Shown: one piece after another, positions 38,500 to 53,691 of the stretch
How the letters are laid out: each line of letters starts with the position of its first letter
Numbering within the stretch: position 1 is the stretch's first letter
Position numbers and translations under genes: made by a program
Assembly: GCA_963575745.1 (NCBI GenBank)
Contig: CAUYUJ010000065.1
Coordinates: 1 to 64,000 of the forward strand
Reading direction: 5' to 3'
Origin: Prorocentrum cordatum
Taxonomy: Eukaryota
Length of the DNA stretch: 64,000 nt
The notes under the pieces: generated by a model
Seen by the model: the letters and a program-made list of their open reading frames with translations, nothing else
What the model was told of the DNA's origin: nothing
The model's database searches: none

Positions 38500-41159
38500 G
38501 CCGGGAGACGTGCGTGCAGTTGGAGAGACCGTGGTTCAGATGCGCGTGCGCACATGGGGAGGGTCATGGGAGCATAGGAGGACGTTGCGTTCATGGTCTC
38601 CTCCCGCTTCTCTTGCCTCTGGATGACGAGACAGGGGAGGGGAGACGTACACGTAGTTTTGGCCGTCAGGACCATGGTGCTGTCGATGCTGCTGTTGCGT
38701 CTGATGTGCCATGCCAAAACTTGGTGACGCTGCGCGTATCCCCACCAGCCCATCCAGAAACGATCCCCAGACGAGTTGGCCTGATCAGGGACACGTATGA
38801 GCATACAATCGAACAAAGAGTGGCAGACGTCAAGCCCAAACCTGGAATCAGCCTGAGCAAATCCAGGAGTCAACCATACAGGCTGTTATGGATCTTTATG
38901 TTCGGAAGCCTCGTGAAGATTTCTTGTGACCATCTTTGGGCGCTGTCGGGTCGATTGCGAAGGCCTGACTACCGGAGCCGCCGACCCTGAAGGGAGACGA
39001 CGGAGATCTCGTGGAGAATTCCTGGGGTCTTCTTTGGGCTTTCGGGACCGCGCGGGGACCGCGCGAAGGTTTCGGAATCGCGCGGGGGGAAAGCGTGTTT
39101 GGGTGGCGACTCCCCCCCCTGACCCCCTCTCGGGACCCCCCCTCGGGACCCCCCCCGGGACCCCCCCGGGACCCCCCCGGGACCCCCCCCGGGCGCGGGG
39201 AAGGGATCAAAGGGAAGGGGCCTCCCTTCGATTCCACCCCCATGCTGTTCAATTTTGATTTAGACGGCGCCTATGAGGAAGAGGGCCCAGGCAGACGGCT
39301 CCAGCGGAAAAGCCCGACCGACTCGAACGGAAAAGTCCCTCACACACTCCGAGAGTCGGCGGATTTTGGATGCCGTTGGGGCTCTCTAGGGCTTCGCTTA
39401 GAGCATGGGGGGTCCTCTTGGGACCACCTGGGAGAACATCAATCAAACATGGGGGCGTTACTAACCTTGCCCCGTCGGGCCTGAACAATCGTCTTCTGGA
39501 GCCCTCTGTGGGCGCTGCTGGGGCGGTCTTGGGGCGCTGTTGGGATCCTTCTTCGGGCCTCTATAGGTTCCTCTTGGGGCTTTCTCGGACGATCTGGGAA
39601 CCATCTCAGGAACCTATCGGAAGAGAGAAGGCGCAATTGTATTTTTTTAAGAATGTAAGATTTTTGGGACGTCCAAGGAATGCTCCGTGGCCGCTTGGAG
39701 CCGTTTTAGGGCCTCCTTGGGGCCTCTTGGAGGCATGCTGGAGGCCATCGTTAGCCAACTCGGAACATCTTGCGCCATCATGTAGTCCATCGTGAGACAC
39801 CAGAAGCCAGGCCATCTTGCCGTCGTCTTCGCCCAAAAAGCATCCCAATGATGTCCCCGAAGTGCCAACATCCTTCGATCACCTGATCACCTTGGCCTCT
39901 TCAACGAGTTTGCGTATAAGCAGGTGCTGGCGCGAATCAGTATTTCTCCCTCTGGAGCAGGCCACATCGCCCCTAGCCCTCTTAAGACAGTCTAGGAGCG
40001 CTCTTGGGGTCTTGCGGGGCCGTCTTGCAGCCCCTCGGGGCCCCACTTGGGGCTCTCTTGGGCGATCTTGAAGCCATCTTGGGACCTCAGAAGCCCATCG
40101 GAAGAGAACAGGAGAGAAAGGAAACACCATCGAACAACTTCAGGTTCTGAAGCGATGTTGGCCTCTGGGGGGTATCCCTGTGAGGCTTCGTGGCCACTTG
40201 TAACCGTCTTGGAGCCGTCTTGGGACAGTCTTGGACCCTTGTGGAGGCATGTTCAGAGCCATCTTGAGCCATGCTGACCTATCTTGCGTCATTTTGTATG
40301 CCATTCTGGGCTATGTGAGGCCGTCTTGGAGTCATCTGGGGCCATCTTTGACTCTCTATTTGGCCGCCGCCCCGCCCAGACGCCTATGAGAGGGAGGGGG
40401 GCACTTTCTCGAAGGGAGGAAGGGGGTTGGACGACGGGACGCGCTAAACCACCGTCTCTGAGGGCTGGATGGAATGTGGTAGTGGCGAGAACCAACTCCG
40501 CCGCCTTCTCCTCATCTTTCTTCTGAGAGGATATTCGCCGTTCTGTCAAGCTTGTCAAGAGGGTCACACGCTCAGCGAAAGGAGGGTGGAGCGACAAGAC
40601 AGCGAAGGCTGTCGTGGTGGCGGAGCGAGAACACCACAGGAACATAAGCTCTCGTCCGAGCGCGCTTGGTACCTCCAAAGTCACTTTGCCCGTGTCTGGC
40701 GTGCCGGCTGTTGCGTAGGATATTCTCATCGATTTGGTGCACATTTAGCTCTGTCGCGCCCCAGCTGTTGCCCTGGTCCGCATGTTGAGATAATTTGCGC
40801 CTGATTGTTTGGGGCGTCGCTACACGGTGTAGTAATACATGTGGCAGTAATGTTTCGGAGTGATCATGAACTGGAGCTGAAGTAGCCTTACGCGCAAAGT
40901 GAAGCCCGAGCACTTGCTTCACGCAGGGCAGCTTTGGGAGTATGCGATTAAGGTGTGAGACGAGCCACTATCATATTGTATGACATCTGGCTCGGCGGGC
41001 CAGTTCAATAATCTCGGGATCGGAGGCTGAAGCAATCGCAGTAATTTTTCGTTCGTAGGATTTGTTGTGGCACACTCAAGTAAAGTAACGTACTTAGTAG
41101 TGTGCACGTAATTGTTCCCAGTCGTAGTGATACGAGGTAGGCGCCGTTGCTATTTGATT

Positions 41160-41978
41160 GTCTTCGGCCCATCCCGCCACCGTGCTTGGGTTGTGGATAC
41201 GCAGCCTATTGGATGCTCGTTGGGATCTCGTGTGAGGCCTCTCGGGGGCCTCTAGGAGGCAGTTTGGAGGCCTCTTGGGGGTCGTTCAGGGGCCTCTTGG
41301 GGCCTCTTGGGGCCTCGTTTGGGCATCTTGGGGGCCTCTTAGGGCCTGTTGGGGTCCTTCTGGGGTGGGGGCCTCTTGGGGCCTCGTGGGCGCCTCTTGG
41401 TGCCTCCCTGGGGCCTCGTGGGGCGGAAGGCTCGGATTTTCGGTTCGTGCTCCCTCTTTTGGGTTCTTTTTGGGGCCATCTTGGGGCCCTCTTGGGCCGT
41501 CTTGGGCGCCTCTTCGGCGTCTTGGGGCCTTTTGGAGGCTTCTTTAGCAGTTTTGGGGTGGTCTTGAGGGCCTCTTGGGCCGTCTTGGAGCTTCGGAAAG
41601 CCGAACAGTGGAGAATACCCAAATCCTTCCCAAACTACCAAAAGGAAAATCAATGATTTTGGTCTCTTCGGGCCTTCTTGGGAGGCCTCTTGGAGGCCTC
41701 TTGGGGCGTCTTGGAGGCCTCTTGGGCCGTTGTGAGGCCATCTTGAGCGTCTTGGGTCGATCTTTGGGCGTCTCGGGGCCCTCTTGGACCGTTTGGGGGC
41801 CTCGTCGGGCCTTCTTGGCTTGTCTTGGAGCCGTCTTGGCCCTGGAAGTCATGCGGGAACACTTCCGAGAGCCCAGGGGGCACGCGGGAAGCCAAGGTCA
41901 ATTCGAGACTTTGGGGTCCGGAACCCTTAGGACTCCTCAGCACTGAGGACTGAGGCTCCAGAGGCACGGTGGCGGATC
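41160..41978 (+). mobile_element. Single ~0.8-kb non-autonomous element with inverted ends
   Basis: Left atcccgccaccgtgc, right gcacggtggcggat; homologous to 23089-24537. Confidence 0.75.
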
Positions 41979-42206
41979 TGGGTAGCATTAAGGTCTGCAG
42001 CAGTGTCAGTCGCAGTAGGGGTAGCAGTATTTAGCAGTAGGAATAGCAGTAGCAGTAGCAGTAGCAGCAGTTACATCATCAGCAGTAGTCAAAGGATGAT
42101 CTCAGCAGGATAGAGGTGGGTCAAACAGGGGGCTCGTATGAGGGAAGGAGCAGTGGTAGTAGGACGAGACAGAGTAATCAGCATCATGATACCTGACTAG
42201 GGGGAG

Positions 42207-42248
42207 GGCCCCAATGTCTTGGCGCTCATCAAGCGGTTCAGCTTCAAG
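42207..42248 (+). CDS. SRPK: SRPK exon H (GPNVLALIKRFSFK)
   Basis: gag|GGC acceptor, GC donor at 42249; matches the GxNLLxLIK..xK segment after the hinge. Confidence 0.9.
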
Positions 42249-44534
42249 GCTCCACGCAAGCCCCCAGCCATTTTTTTGTCCTGCACCTCAGCTTTGTTTC
42301 CTTTTGGTGTTTCCGCCCCGTTCCTTTCTTTATTCACCACCTCCCTGTCTCTCTCTCTCAGCTTTTCGCCTGTGTTGCGGCTTCCCTGCCCTCTCCAGTC
42401 CCCCCAGTGATCTCCCCTTATTCATCCTCGACCAAGATTGCACGGTCCTCCTCCCCGTCCCTCGTCGTCGTCGTCTCGGTCTCTACAGTCAATGCGCCGA
42501 AACAGGGATCACCTTGGGCTCTCGAGGGGCTCTGGCTCCTGGGCCGCTCCTTCGACCTGGATCTGGGCCAGGGAGCCCCTTTGTGGCCGAGGCTCGCCGT
42601 GGCCAGAGAAGCCCTTCCGTTCCTTGTTCCGTACTCCTTGCGGCAGCGCGACGCCCGTACCTTCAGGCTTCGACCCCGAGGCACCGCACAACAGCCCAGC
42701 CCGGGTGGGCCACCAGGTGCCTGCTCTTGCCGTCCGCCTCTTGCGCGCCGCGATGCGCCGGCGACGGAGGGCGAACTGTCCCGCCCGAGCCGCGGGCTCT
42801 CTGCCTCTGCCCTCTGCCCCATCGCCCCTCTCCCGCATCCCGCCCATCCTCGCCCCTCGTCCCCCTCTCCTCGCCTGTGTGTGCCCCACAGGTGCTGCCC
42901 TACCGGCCCAGGTGCTGCCACCGAGAGTCTCCTCGCCTCAGTGGAGGAGCCCTCTGTCGCCTTCATCCTACGCCCGCCCCCCTCCTCCACCGCTCCTCCT
43001 CGGCCGCCGCTCCTCCTGCAGCTGGTCCTCGTGCTGCGCAAGTTGGTCGCCTCGTCCTCCAGGGACCTCGCGCCGGACCTCACTGTTCGGCCTCTGCCCT
43101 TCCCGCTCCCTCCTCGCGGGGAGAGCAGCGGCTTCATTACCGCAGGGAGCCACGCATGGTTCGGCGCACGCCTACTGTTGCAAGCAAGGCGTCGTGGCAG
43201 ACGCATGGGCACCGATCGCAGGATCAACCGCGCCGGTAGGCAGCGCGCACCTGTGGGTGACATGCGTCTGGTTGCAACGCCCATGGCCGTGTGAAATATT
43301 CATCGGGTGGTCGTGCTACCTGCTACATGCTTGCACCCCCCCACCTCTCCTGAGCGCTGCCGGGCACAGCCCGTGGCAAGTGTTCCTTACACGACGGCGG
43401 GCCAAAGGTTCGTGCTGATGCCGCCTCGGAGTTTTTGTGGACCAGCTGATCGGAATACGCATGGACTCTGTCGTCGCTCATCAGCAGACCAGCGCCGATC
43501 CTCCCCAAGCTGTGCTTGTGTGCCCAACTCTCCGCCGCTTCTCCTGCTCTCCACCGCCGTCTATGGCTCAGGGTGTGACTGACAGGTCTTGCCGTGCGTC
43601 CCTGGAGGGGCACGGTCCTCGGCCACATCCTGCGGATCCCGGGGGGACCAGGCTCCCTGGTCCCCCTTCCTGCGCACGAGCCCCTCGTGACGTCGTGCTG
43701 GGCCCGTGCCAGGGCTGGCCCCTGGAGAAGTGGCCGCGTCGCCCAGAGCCGGGCCGCTGGTCTTCGCGCGACAGGTTCGGCGGTGGGAGGGGGGAGGAGC
43801 GCGCACCGTGCCGAGGGCGGTCCACGAGAGCCGGGACCCTGGCTGTGCACGCATTGCGGGCGCCGAGCGCCAGCACTTGGGATTCGTCGGCCACGATTCC
43901 AGCCGCTGCCGACGGATGTCGCTCCACGGGCAGACTAGGCGCCTCTCTGCCCGAGGTGTCCGCGAAGGAGCAGCCGGCCGCGGCCGTCTGGATAGTTCGG
44001 GCAGTGGCTCGCCCTCATGGCGGAGACGCATCGGGCCCATGTCATCATCGCAAGAAGGGGAGGAGCTGGGCCAGCTTGGCACGGATGCGGCTGGTGCCTC
44101 GCGTGGTGAGCAGAAGGATGGCAAAGAAGCGAATGAAAGATGACGGTCGAAGAGCGATGAGGAGCAGCAGGAGGATGGTAACGAGTAATTATGAAGGGTG
44201 CACGAAGACGAAATTTGCAAGGGGTGGGGAGAAGCAGGATGCATTGAGGAATCTTGAGCAGTGTCATGATGATGCTGCTGGTGATGATGATGCTGATGAT
44301 GAAGAAGAAACTGAGGAGGAGTATATGTAGGAGTCAAGCTAGCCAGCTCGAGCGAGTCAAGCATGGTATGCCCATGCCCGCCCGCCCTCCCACAACATAA
44401 GAAACAGTGCTGGCGCAACTGGGAACCGAAATCTGATCGGCAAGGTGGTTTGCCACAGCTGATGCAGCCGCGATGGCAGTTACCGATAAGATATCCCTGG
44501 CGCGTCTCAAAGATTGCGCTGGCATTTCAGCACG

Positions 44535-44815
44535 AGCCGAGGAGGCCCCAGGAAGCCTCAGAAGGCCCCAGGAGGTCTCAGGAGAAGCCCCAGCGACCCC
44601 CAGGAACCCCCAGGAGGCTTCAGGAGGGCCCAGGAAACACCAGGTAATTCCAGGAGACTCCAGGAAGCTTTAGGAAGTGTCAGGAACCCCCCGGGGAGTC
44701 CTAGTAAACCCCAGGATGCCTCAGGAGGTTCCAGGAGGATCCACGAGGCCCTGGGGAAGCCCCGGGAAGCCCCAGGATGTCCCAGGAAACCGTGGGAGGC
44801 CCCAGGGGGCCCTGG
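44535..44815. repeat. Degenerate ~10-bp (ccaggag-core) minisatellite
   Basis: Repeated ccagga/ccaggag units. Confidence 0.8.
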
Positions 44816-45429
44816 GCGCTCGACGAATTGGCGACCGAAAAATGTGCGCCGCGCCTTAGCGGTAGCGCAACTTTCAGAAAACATGCGCGCGGCGCCGAAG
44901 CGAGAGCGACATTTCGCTCTGTCGCGCGCGATGTGCACCGCGCCAATTCTTTGCCACGCATTTCGCAAAGCCGACGACACGAAAACCCCCATTGAAGAAA
45001 CATGCCGAGTGTGTATAGTTTTTGACAGGTAGGATGGCCCCTCCCGCTTGGGGTTGCCCCAGACGTCCGCGCGCGATGTGCGCCGCGTCCCGTTCCTGTT
45101 ACGCATTTCGCATCGTCGACGACAAGAAGGGCCATGTTGAGAGAAACAACGACGGCTTTGTATTGATGTGTTGAAGTTAAGACGGGAGGGCCCGGATTGA
45201 CGGCCGCGCGCGATGTGCGCCGTGTCTTTTTCCTGCTACGCTTTTCGCATCGTGGACGACAAGCGAGGCCACGTTGAGATAAAAAACGACGACTGTGTAT
45301 AGATTTTTGAAAGTTCGGATGGGAGGGCCCGGATGGAACCCCAATCGGCCGACCAGGGGGGGAGTAGGAGTATATCCCAGTAAGGAAGAAGGATCGGAGT
45401 ACGAATAGGACTATCAGCAGGAGTTAGAG

Positions 45430-47945
<2,516 letters not shown>

Positions 47946-48147
47946 GGAGGAGGAGGAGGCGGATGAGGAGGAGGAGGAGGAGGAGGCGGAGAAACAGGAT
48001 TCGAGGAGGGACATGGTGGGACGTGGACGCGAGCAGGAGAGGGACGTTGTGGAGATGGACGAGGGAGACGGGCGGAGGTATGAAGGAGAGGCCAGAGCAG
48101 CTCGTGCGCGGCCGGGCGCCATCTGTCCGTTCCTGCCTCGACGCCAG

Positions 48148-48223
48148 GGCATCCCGCTGGACATCGTGAGGAAGGTGGCCGCGCACACGCTCATCGGCCT
48201 GGACTACCTGCACCGAGTCTGTG
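48148..48223 (+). CDS. SRPK: SRPK exon I (GIPLDIVRKVAAHTLIGLDYLHRVC-G)
   Basis: cag|GGC acceptor, probable G|gc donor; GLDYLH = subdomain VIa. The next exon (IIHTDLKPEN) was not found in the window. Confidence 0.92.
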
Positions 48224-49001
48224 GCGCGCCCTTCCGCGGCTGCCGCTGCACCCCCCCGCTTGCCGACGCAGGCCGCCGCGGCGGCTGGCTCGGTGCCGCT
48301 CCTGTCGCTGTCCCCCAGGCCCTCCCCGCGTGGGGGCGAGATCTCACAGCGCGAGCGCTTTGGGGCCCTTCTCGGCACCTGGGGGACTCTTCGCTGGGCC
48401 GCGGGACATTCAAAAAGCGATCCGGGACGAGAAGCTGGCCCTGGGGAAGGGGTCCAGACCGCTGGGGGTCCACGTCATGAAAAAATCACGACGCAGGCCG
48501 CCAGAGAGGCCGAGGTCAAATCGAGGGATGGTGTGCGTCACCACCGGGCATCCTCCACAGGCCCGTTTTGGGCCAGATCTCGGTGCATATGGCCTCCTGG
48601 CACGGGTGGGGGCCCATACGAGTCAATGGGCCAATGTAGATTTGGGCCGACATGTGCCCGTGGAGGTCTGGTGGTGGGTATATCTTCTCTCCCTCTCCCC
48701 ATCATAGAGGGGCCCCAAGAGGCCCGTGGAGGGGAAGGAAGCCTGAGGGGGCCCCAAACGAGACTTCGGGTGTGGGTCTGGATATTGTAGAACGAGCATC
48801 GCAATACCGCTCAGTTCATCTTCCTGGACCTCAATGGGTCCCGAAGGGGCTCTTCTCTGGAGTCGGTCTGGGGGCTTTCAGGGAGTTTCACGAGTGTCCC
48901 ACGTCCAAGAAGGCTTCTGGAGAGGTCTCCAAGACAGTCTAAGAGAGTTTCAGGGGGCCCCCGAGATGGCTGCGAGGACCCTATCATGGCCCGAGATGAC
49001 C

Positions 49002-49035
49002 CCGTAGCCAGTTTGGCTCAAGCCAGTTGTCCAAG
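49002..49035 (+). other. Relic DinoSL followed by a second truncated, degenerate SL
   Basis: CCGTAGCCAgTTTGGCTCAAG (20/21) immediately followed by ccagttgtccaag, resembling the post-AG SL remnant CCATTTTGGCTCAAG. Confidence 0.88.
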
Positions 49036-49207
49036 GCATTTGCGAAGACGCTTTGCTGAGTCCTGGGGGGGATCCCGAAGCGGCTCTGTGGGGCAAAGGC
49101 TCCGATCAGTCGTGTCGTTGCCTTCTTCGCGCTCGTTGTGTCGGTCAACGTCGACTCCCCGTTTGAGGATGTGACCAGACGGCCGCGACAGGCAACCCTG
49201 TGTGCGG

Positions 49208-49510
49208 TGTTGGAAATTTGCTTTACAGTGTGTGCGTGTGCGCTTCCCTTCAGCTCCCCTTTTGTTCTCTGTGATACATCCCTATGCCCGCCGCAGCCAT
49301 CTCCTGCTCGGGCTGGCTTACTCTTGTTTCTCTTGAGATGTCAGGGCAACACCAGAAAACAAGCATAGCATAGCCCGACTCCCCTTTTCCTGTGCGCGTG
49401 CGAGCTGTGCGCAGGCTTTCTGGCGACACGGACGGCGGATTGGAGTTCTCAATCATTGGGCGCCCGTCGTGTGAAAAGGACCTGCCCATCATCGTGGTCT
49501 TTTTTAATCG
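49208..49510 (+). repeat. 5' LTR of the copia-like element
   Basis: Starts TGTTGGAA; aligns with 57089-57135 plus 58150-58418; followed by possible PBS TGGCGGAGCC at 49511. Confidence 0.7.
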
Positions 49511-52500
49511 TGGCGGAGCCAGTGACGTTCCAACGGCTCCCATTTGCAGTGACGGTTGGCGATGAGGATGACGGGGATCAACCCGAAGAAGGGCGCGGTC
49601 AGGGAGGCAAGCGCCGAGGGCCTTCGCCAGGCTACGACGCCATCAGCCCCGAAGTGACGTGCAAGAGGTGGAGGAACGTCGCTAGCGCTGCGGCAGGGCA
49701 CGACGGTCAGTCCGCAGTCGAAGTGAGGAGCTAAATTGGTGATGCGCTTGACTGGCACGGCCAAGGGGGCGCTCGTAGACGTGGATTCGAGGACATCGTC
49801 GGCGAGGACGGCCTGGGCAACATCATCGCGATCTTGGATGCAGCGCTGGCGCCCTACCTGGAGCAGGCGATGCCGAGGGCTTTCGAGAAGGCAGTGTGCG
49901 CGTCCTTCAGGGAGAAGGGTCAGTCCATGCTGAACTGCGCGCTTGCGGCGGCCACGAGGTTCAACGAACTGAAGCGCGATATGGGGTTCAGCTGCCGTCG
50001 GAGGTCCAGGGTTGCATCATGATGAGGCACGCTAAACTGGGCGACAAGGGCGAGGACATGATCAAGACGTGGATAACTGGGAGTTTCTCCGAGGTTGAGG
50101 TGATCAAGGCTTCTTTGCCGGTTGGACACGGTCACCGCCGACAAGCACACCGCCATCGACAAGTTCTACGGCGACGACGAAGAGCAACCTGGCCAGGATA
50201 GCGCCAACTCCCCGGTCGAAGACGACATTGAGAATGAGGACGATTCCGATTACATCTACGTCATGGAGGACGATCTGTCGAAAGTACACGAAGAGGCCGA
50301 CGTCGCGACAGCGCTGCCGTACTATCAGGTGGTTTGCGAGTAGGTCAGGCAGGAGAAGAACAAGCGCCGCTTCCACGAGGGCGGAGGCAAGCGCGGCAAC
50401 GGGGACAAGGGCGGGATGCCTTCGCTTCCAGTGGTGCGTTTCGGTGCCTGCACCCGCTACAAGGACGGCCAGGGCCGAAAGGTGAGGGTGCGCATTGACG
50501 TGGTCAAGCTGCGGACGAAGTGTGCTCGCGGTGGGCAAGTGAGCCATTAGGCTGGGTTGTGCAGCAACCCGCCTGGCAACCGTGGAGTTGCAGCGGCAAC
50601 GGCAGCAGCGGGCAACGTCAAGACGGAGTCCGGCTTCTTCGTTGGCGCGTCGGCGCGTTATGAGGCAGGAAGTTACGAGTCGGAGGGCGAGTATTTGGAG
50701 TGCGAGTCGAAATGCAAGCATCATCGTAGTCACCAGCGGGCCCTTCCAGCTTCCAGAGTGCAGCGTCGTGCTCATCATCCTCGAGATCTTCTGGGAACGC
50801 TTCTTTGACCAGTGCAAGTCTCTGAAGTTTTTCAGGAAGGAGCTGGAAGCCGTGGCAGCCTAGGATGTCTTCGAAGGTTGTATCGTCTTTTTGAATTACA
50901 TGAGATCGATCGAGGACCTGAGAGAGCTCGAGGTGGCGATGGGGTGGTCAGATGCGTGGTGCGGGCTTAATTATTCCTGGGGCCGCAAGGCGCCAATCAT
51001 TGGATACCGCGGCCCAGTCAGGCCTTCTAGGTACGGGGTCTCCAGGACAATTCAGCGAAGCCTTGCGGACCCGTGGATTGAAAGTCAAGTGGATCAACGA
51101 GCCAGCCCGAGCCCAAGGAGAAGGTAGTCGAGCTAAAGCAGTAGAAGTTGTGGCCACCCTGCTCGCGATCGGAGGTTCTCTTTGCCTTTTGAGGCTTACC
51201 TGGGTGAAGGGCAATGCCCCGGTGCTGTTGCCCATCGAGATTCTCCGGCAGTTCAAGGCAAGGCCGCGATAGCGTGAAACTCATCTTGAGAAGGGCCGAC
51301 TCTTATGTTCCCATGAGAGAGTTAGATGCAGGGCACGTCGCTGTTTCGGTCGTGGAGTTCCGTCTGAAGGCTGGAGGCTGCATCGAGGGGCCCCGGGGCG
51401 CCAGGGTGCAGAGTTCCGGATCGGTAGCCGTGTGAGTCAGGGTGATTGGATCGCAGCTTCTTCAGGCTGTGTATCCAGTAATTCCATATTTGCGCGAAGT
51501 GCAGGAATCGCTTCCGGGCTCCGGCGAGGCAGGCGTGGGTGCGCGTGGTCTTCAGTCTCGCGCTCTTGGCGTTTATGCGGCCGCTTGTGGGTTGTGGGGC
51601 TCTTCTGCCCGCCGCGCCCAGGGGCGCGCGTCGGCTGGGGCAGCGGCGAGGGGGGCTTCGAGATTGCGCCCTGGTCCCCGAGGGGTGTTCCGACGACGCC
51701 GCAGCTGGGGGTTCATCGACTGCAGAGCCGGCAGGGGCCATCCAGGGGGCGGCGCACCTTCCGGAGTGGAAGGCGGCGTTCTGCAAGTGCGCGGGGGCGA
51801 CGGCGAGCAGCGAGAAGGGGGCGATCCAGAGCGGCATGTTGGGCCCGGAGGGCGAGAGGCAATTGGGGCTACTTCCGCCGGGCCAGCTCCGCTGGGAGTG
51901 GCTGCTGAATTTCTTGCAGAAGTGGGCGGCGGGCCAGTTCGAGGTCGAGGTGGGCGGGCGTGCGCGCCCCGTCGAGAAGTTCAAGGTCGCGGGCGGGGCG
52001 AAGACTGCCATGACATGCACTCGGTGCGGAGAGCACTGGGGGAGGGGCCTCCAGGCGCGTGCGCTGCTGTCCAAGGACAAGGCCAGGGCCCTGCCCCGAC
52101 TGAGGGGGTGGGGGGGTGGGGGGGGGGGCCGGTGGAGTTGTTCGGCAAGCTGCGCCAGGGGCCTGCGCGGAGGGCAGCGAGGCCGACGTCTTCGCCCGCG
52201 CGCTTATCGGCGCAGGCGAGCTCGAGCCAATGAGGAGCGGAAGTACTGGTGCCAGAGGGCGCGCCCGTGCCAGACAGGAAGCGGGGCCGCAAGTGTGGCG
52301 CGGATCGGATGGAGTACGAGGACTGCGGATGGTGTTCCGGGGAGCACAGCTGAAAGACATGGGGGAGATCAGCCCGGGGGGGCTGACCAGGTGGGACCAG
52401 CTGGGCATTGGCGACAAGCAGGGCTGGAGCGGGGGCGGCGTCTTCTGGATGAACAGCGACCCGCTAGTCAAAACGGCGAGGAATATGCTGTCTGACCGAT

Positions 52501-53642
52501 GATTCGTGGTGGGCGGCAGGTGGTAGAAGCTGGCGGGCGGGCAGTTCGGGGGGCAGTTCGAGGAGGTGCCGAGCGATCTAGAGGACCAGGTGGTCCTGCT
52601 GAACTGGGAGGTCGAGGGCCATTTCGCCTTCTTGGATGAGGAGAAGAATGACGTGCCGCGCCGGCTGCTGATGGGGAGCGGCAAGATGCAGGACATCAAG
52701 GTCTCGGAGATGTATCCCATGGCGAGGGTCACTGACGAGCTCGAGAGGGCGGGCGAGGGGGGCGGAGTGACGTGCGATGTGAAGTTGGGCTGGAGTTTCG
52801 TCCGCGCGCGTGAGCGGGCTGGTTGTCTTGCAGGTATTCGTGCTCGAGATCCAGATCCGACAGTGGGTGCTCCGCCCCGGTGATGGGGTGGAACTATTCT
52901 AGGGTGGAGGGTGGGCTTAAAGAAGGCCAGAGCGCGCCTGAGCGCTGGGCTACTACGCCTACGCTTCGCCATCAAGGTTTTGGTCGATAGGCACGCGATG
53001 GGGTGCTTGTTTTCTTCGTGCATCCGCGCGACCAAGAGCTTCCGGCCGCGAGCGCTGCGCCCGCAATGGCGGCGGGGCGCGGTTAGCGGAGAGATGCCCG
53101 CCTGGCCTGTTGCAGGCGATAGGTGGTGGTCTTCGTCGTCGATTTCGAGGGGACTAGCCGGTCAACTTCGAGTGCGAGGAGGCGCGCGCCGAAGAGGATG
53201 AAGAGGGCGACGGAGGTGGCGGAGACGAAGACGCGGAGTCACCCGAGGAAGAGCCACCTCGCGAAGAGGATCTTGACGACGGGACGGGGCCCGACGAGAC
53301 GGAAAAGAAGCTGATACGACAATTGCGTGAAGTGGGCGCATCTTGTGAAGGTGGATTTCTGTCGTGCTCTCCGACTGGGTGGACCCCGCCTGATCTGCTA
53401 GGCGAAGACGCACTTCGAGTGCGACGTGTGTAAGGCTCGGGTGCGACCGAAGCCGAGGAGAGTGGGTGCTACTCCCCAAGTCCAACCGCATGAAGCACAT
53501 GGTGGGCATGGATCTGATCTCGCCGAGGAGGGCTGGCAAGGGGCGGGTGCCGTATCTCAGCGTCGCCGACAGTGGCGCCCATTTCGCTTTTTTAAAATAT
53601 AAACATAATATACACATATATATGTATATATATATATATATG

Positions 53643-53691
<49 letters not shown>

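Noticed and set aside
40480..41140. Lower-GC segment as a possible gene fragment
   Set aside because: Only short ORFs with no recognisable motif
49002..49060. SL RNA gene
   Set aside because: The SL is not followed by a G-T/C donor and SL intron; it is followed by a second relic and UTR-like sequence. The same holds at 61182
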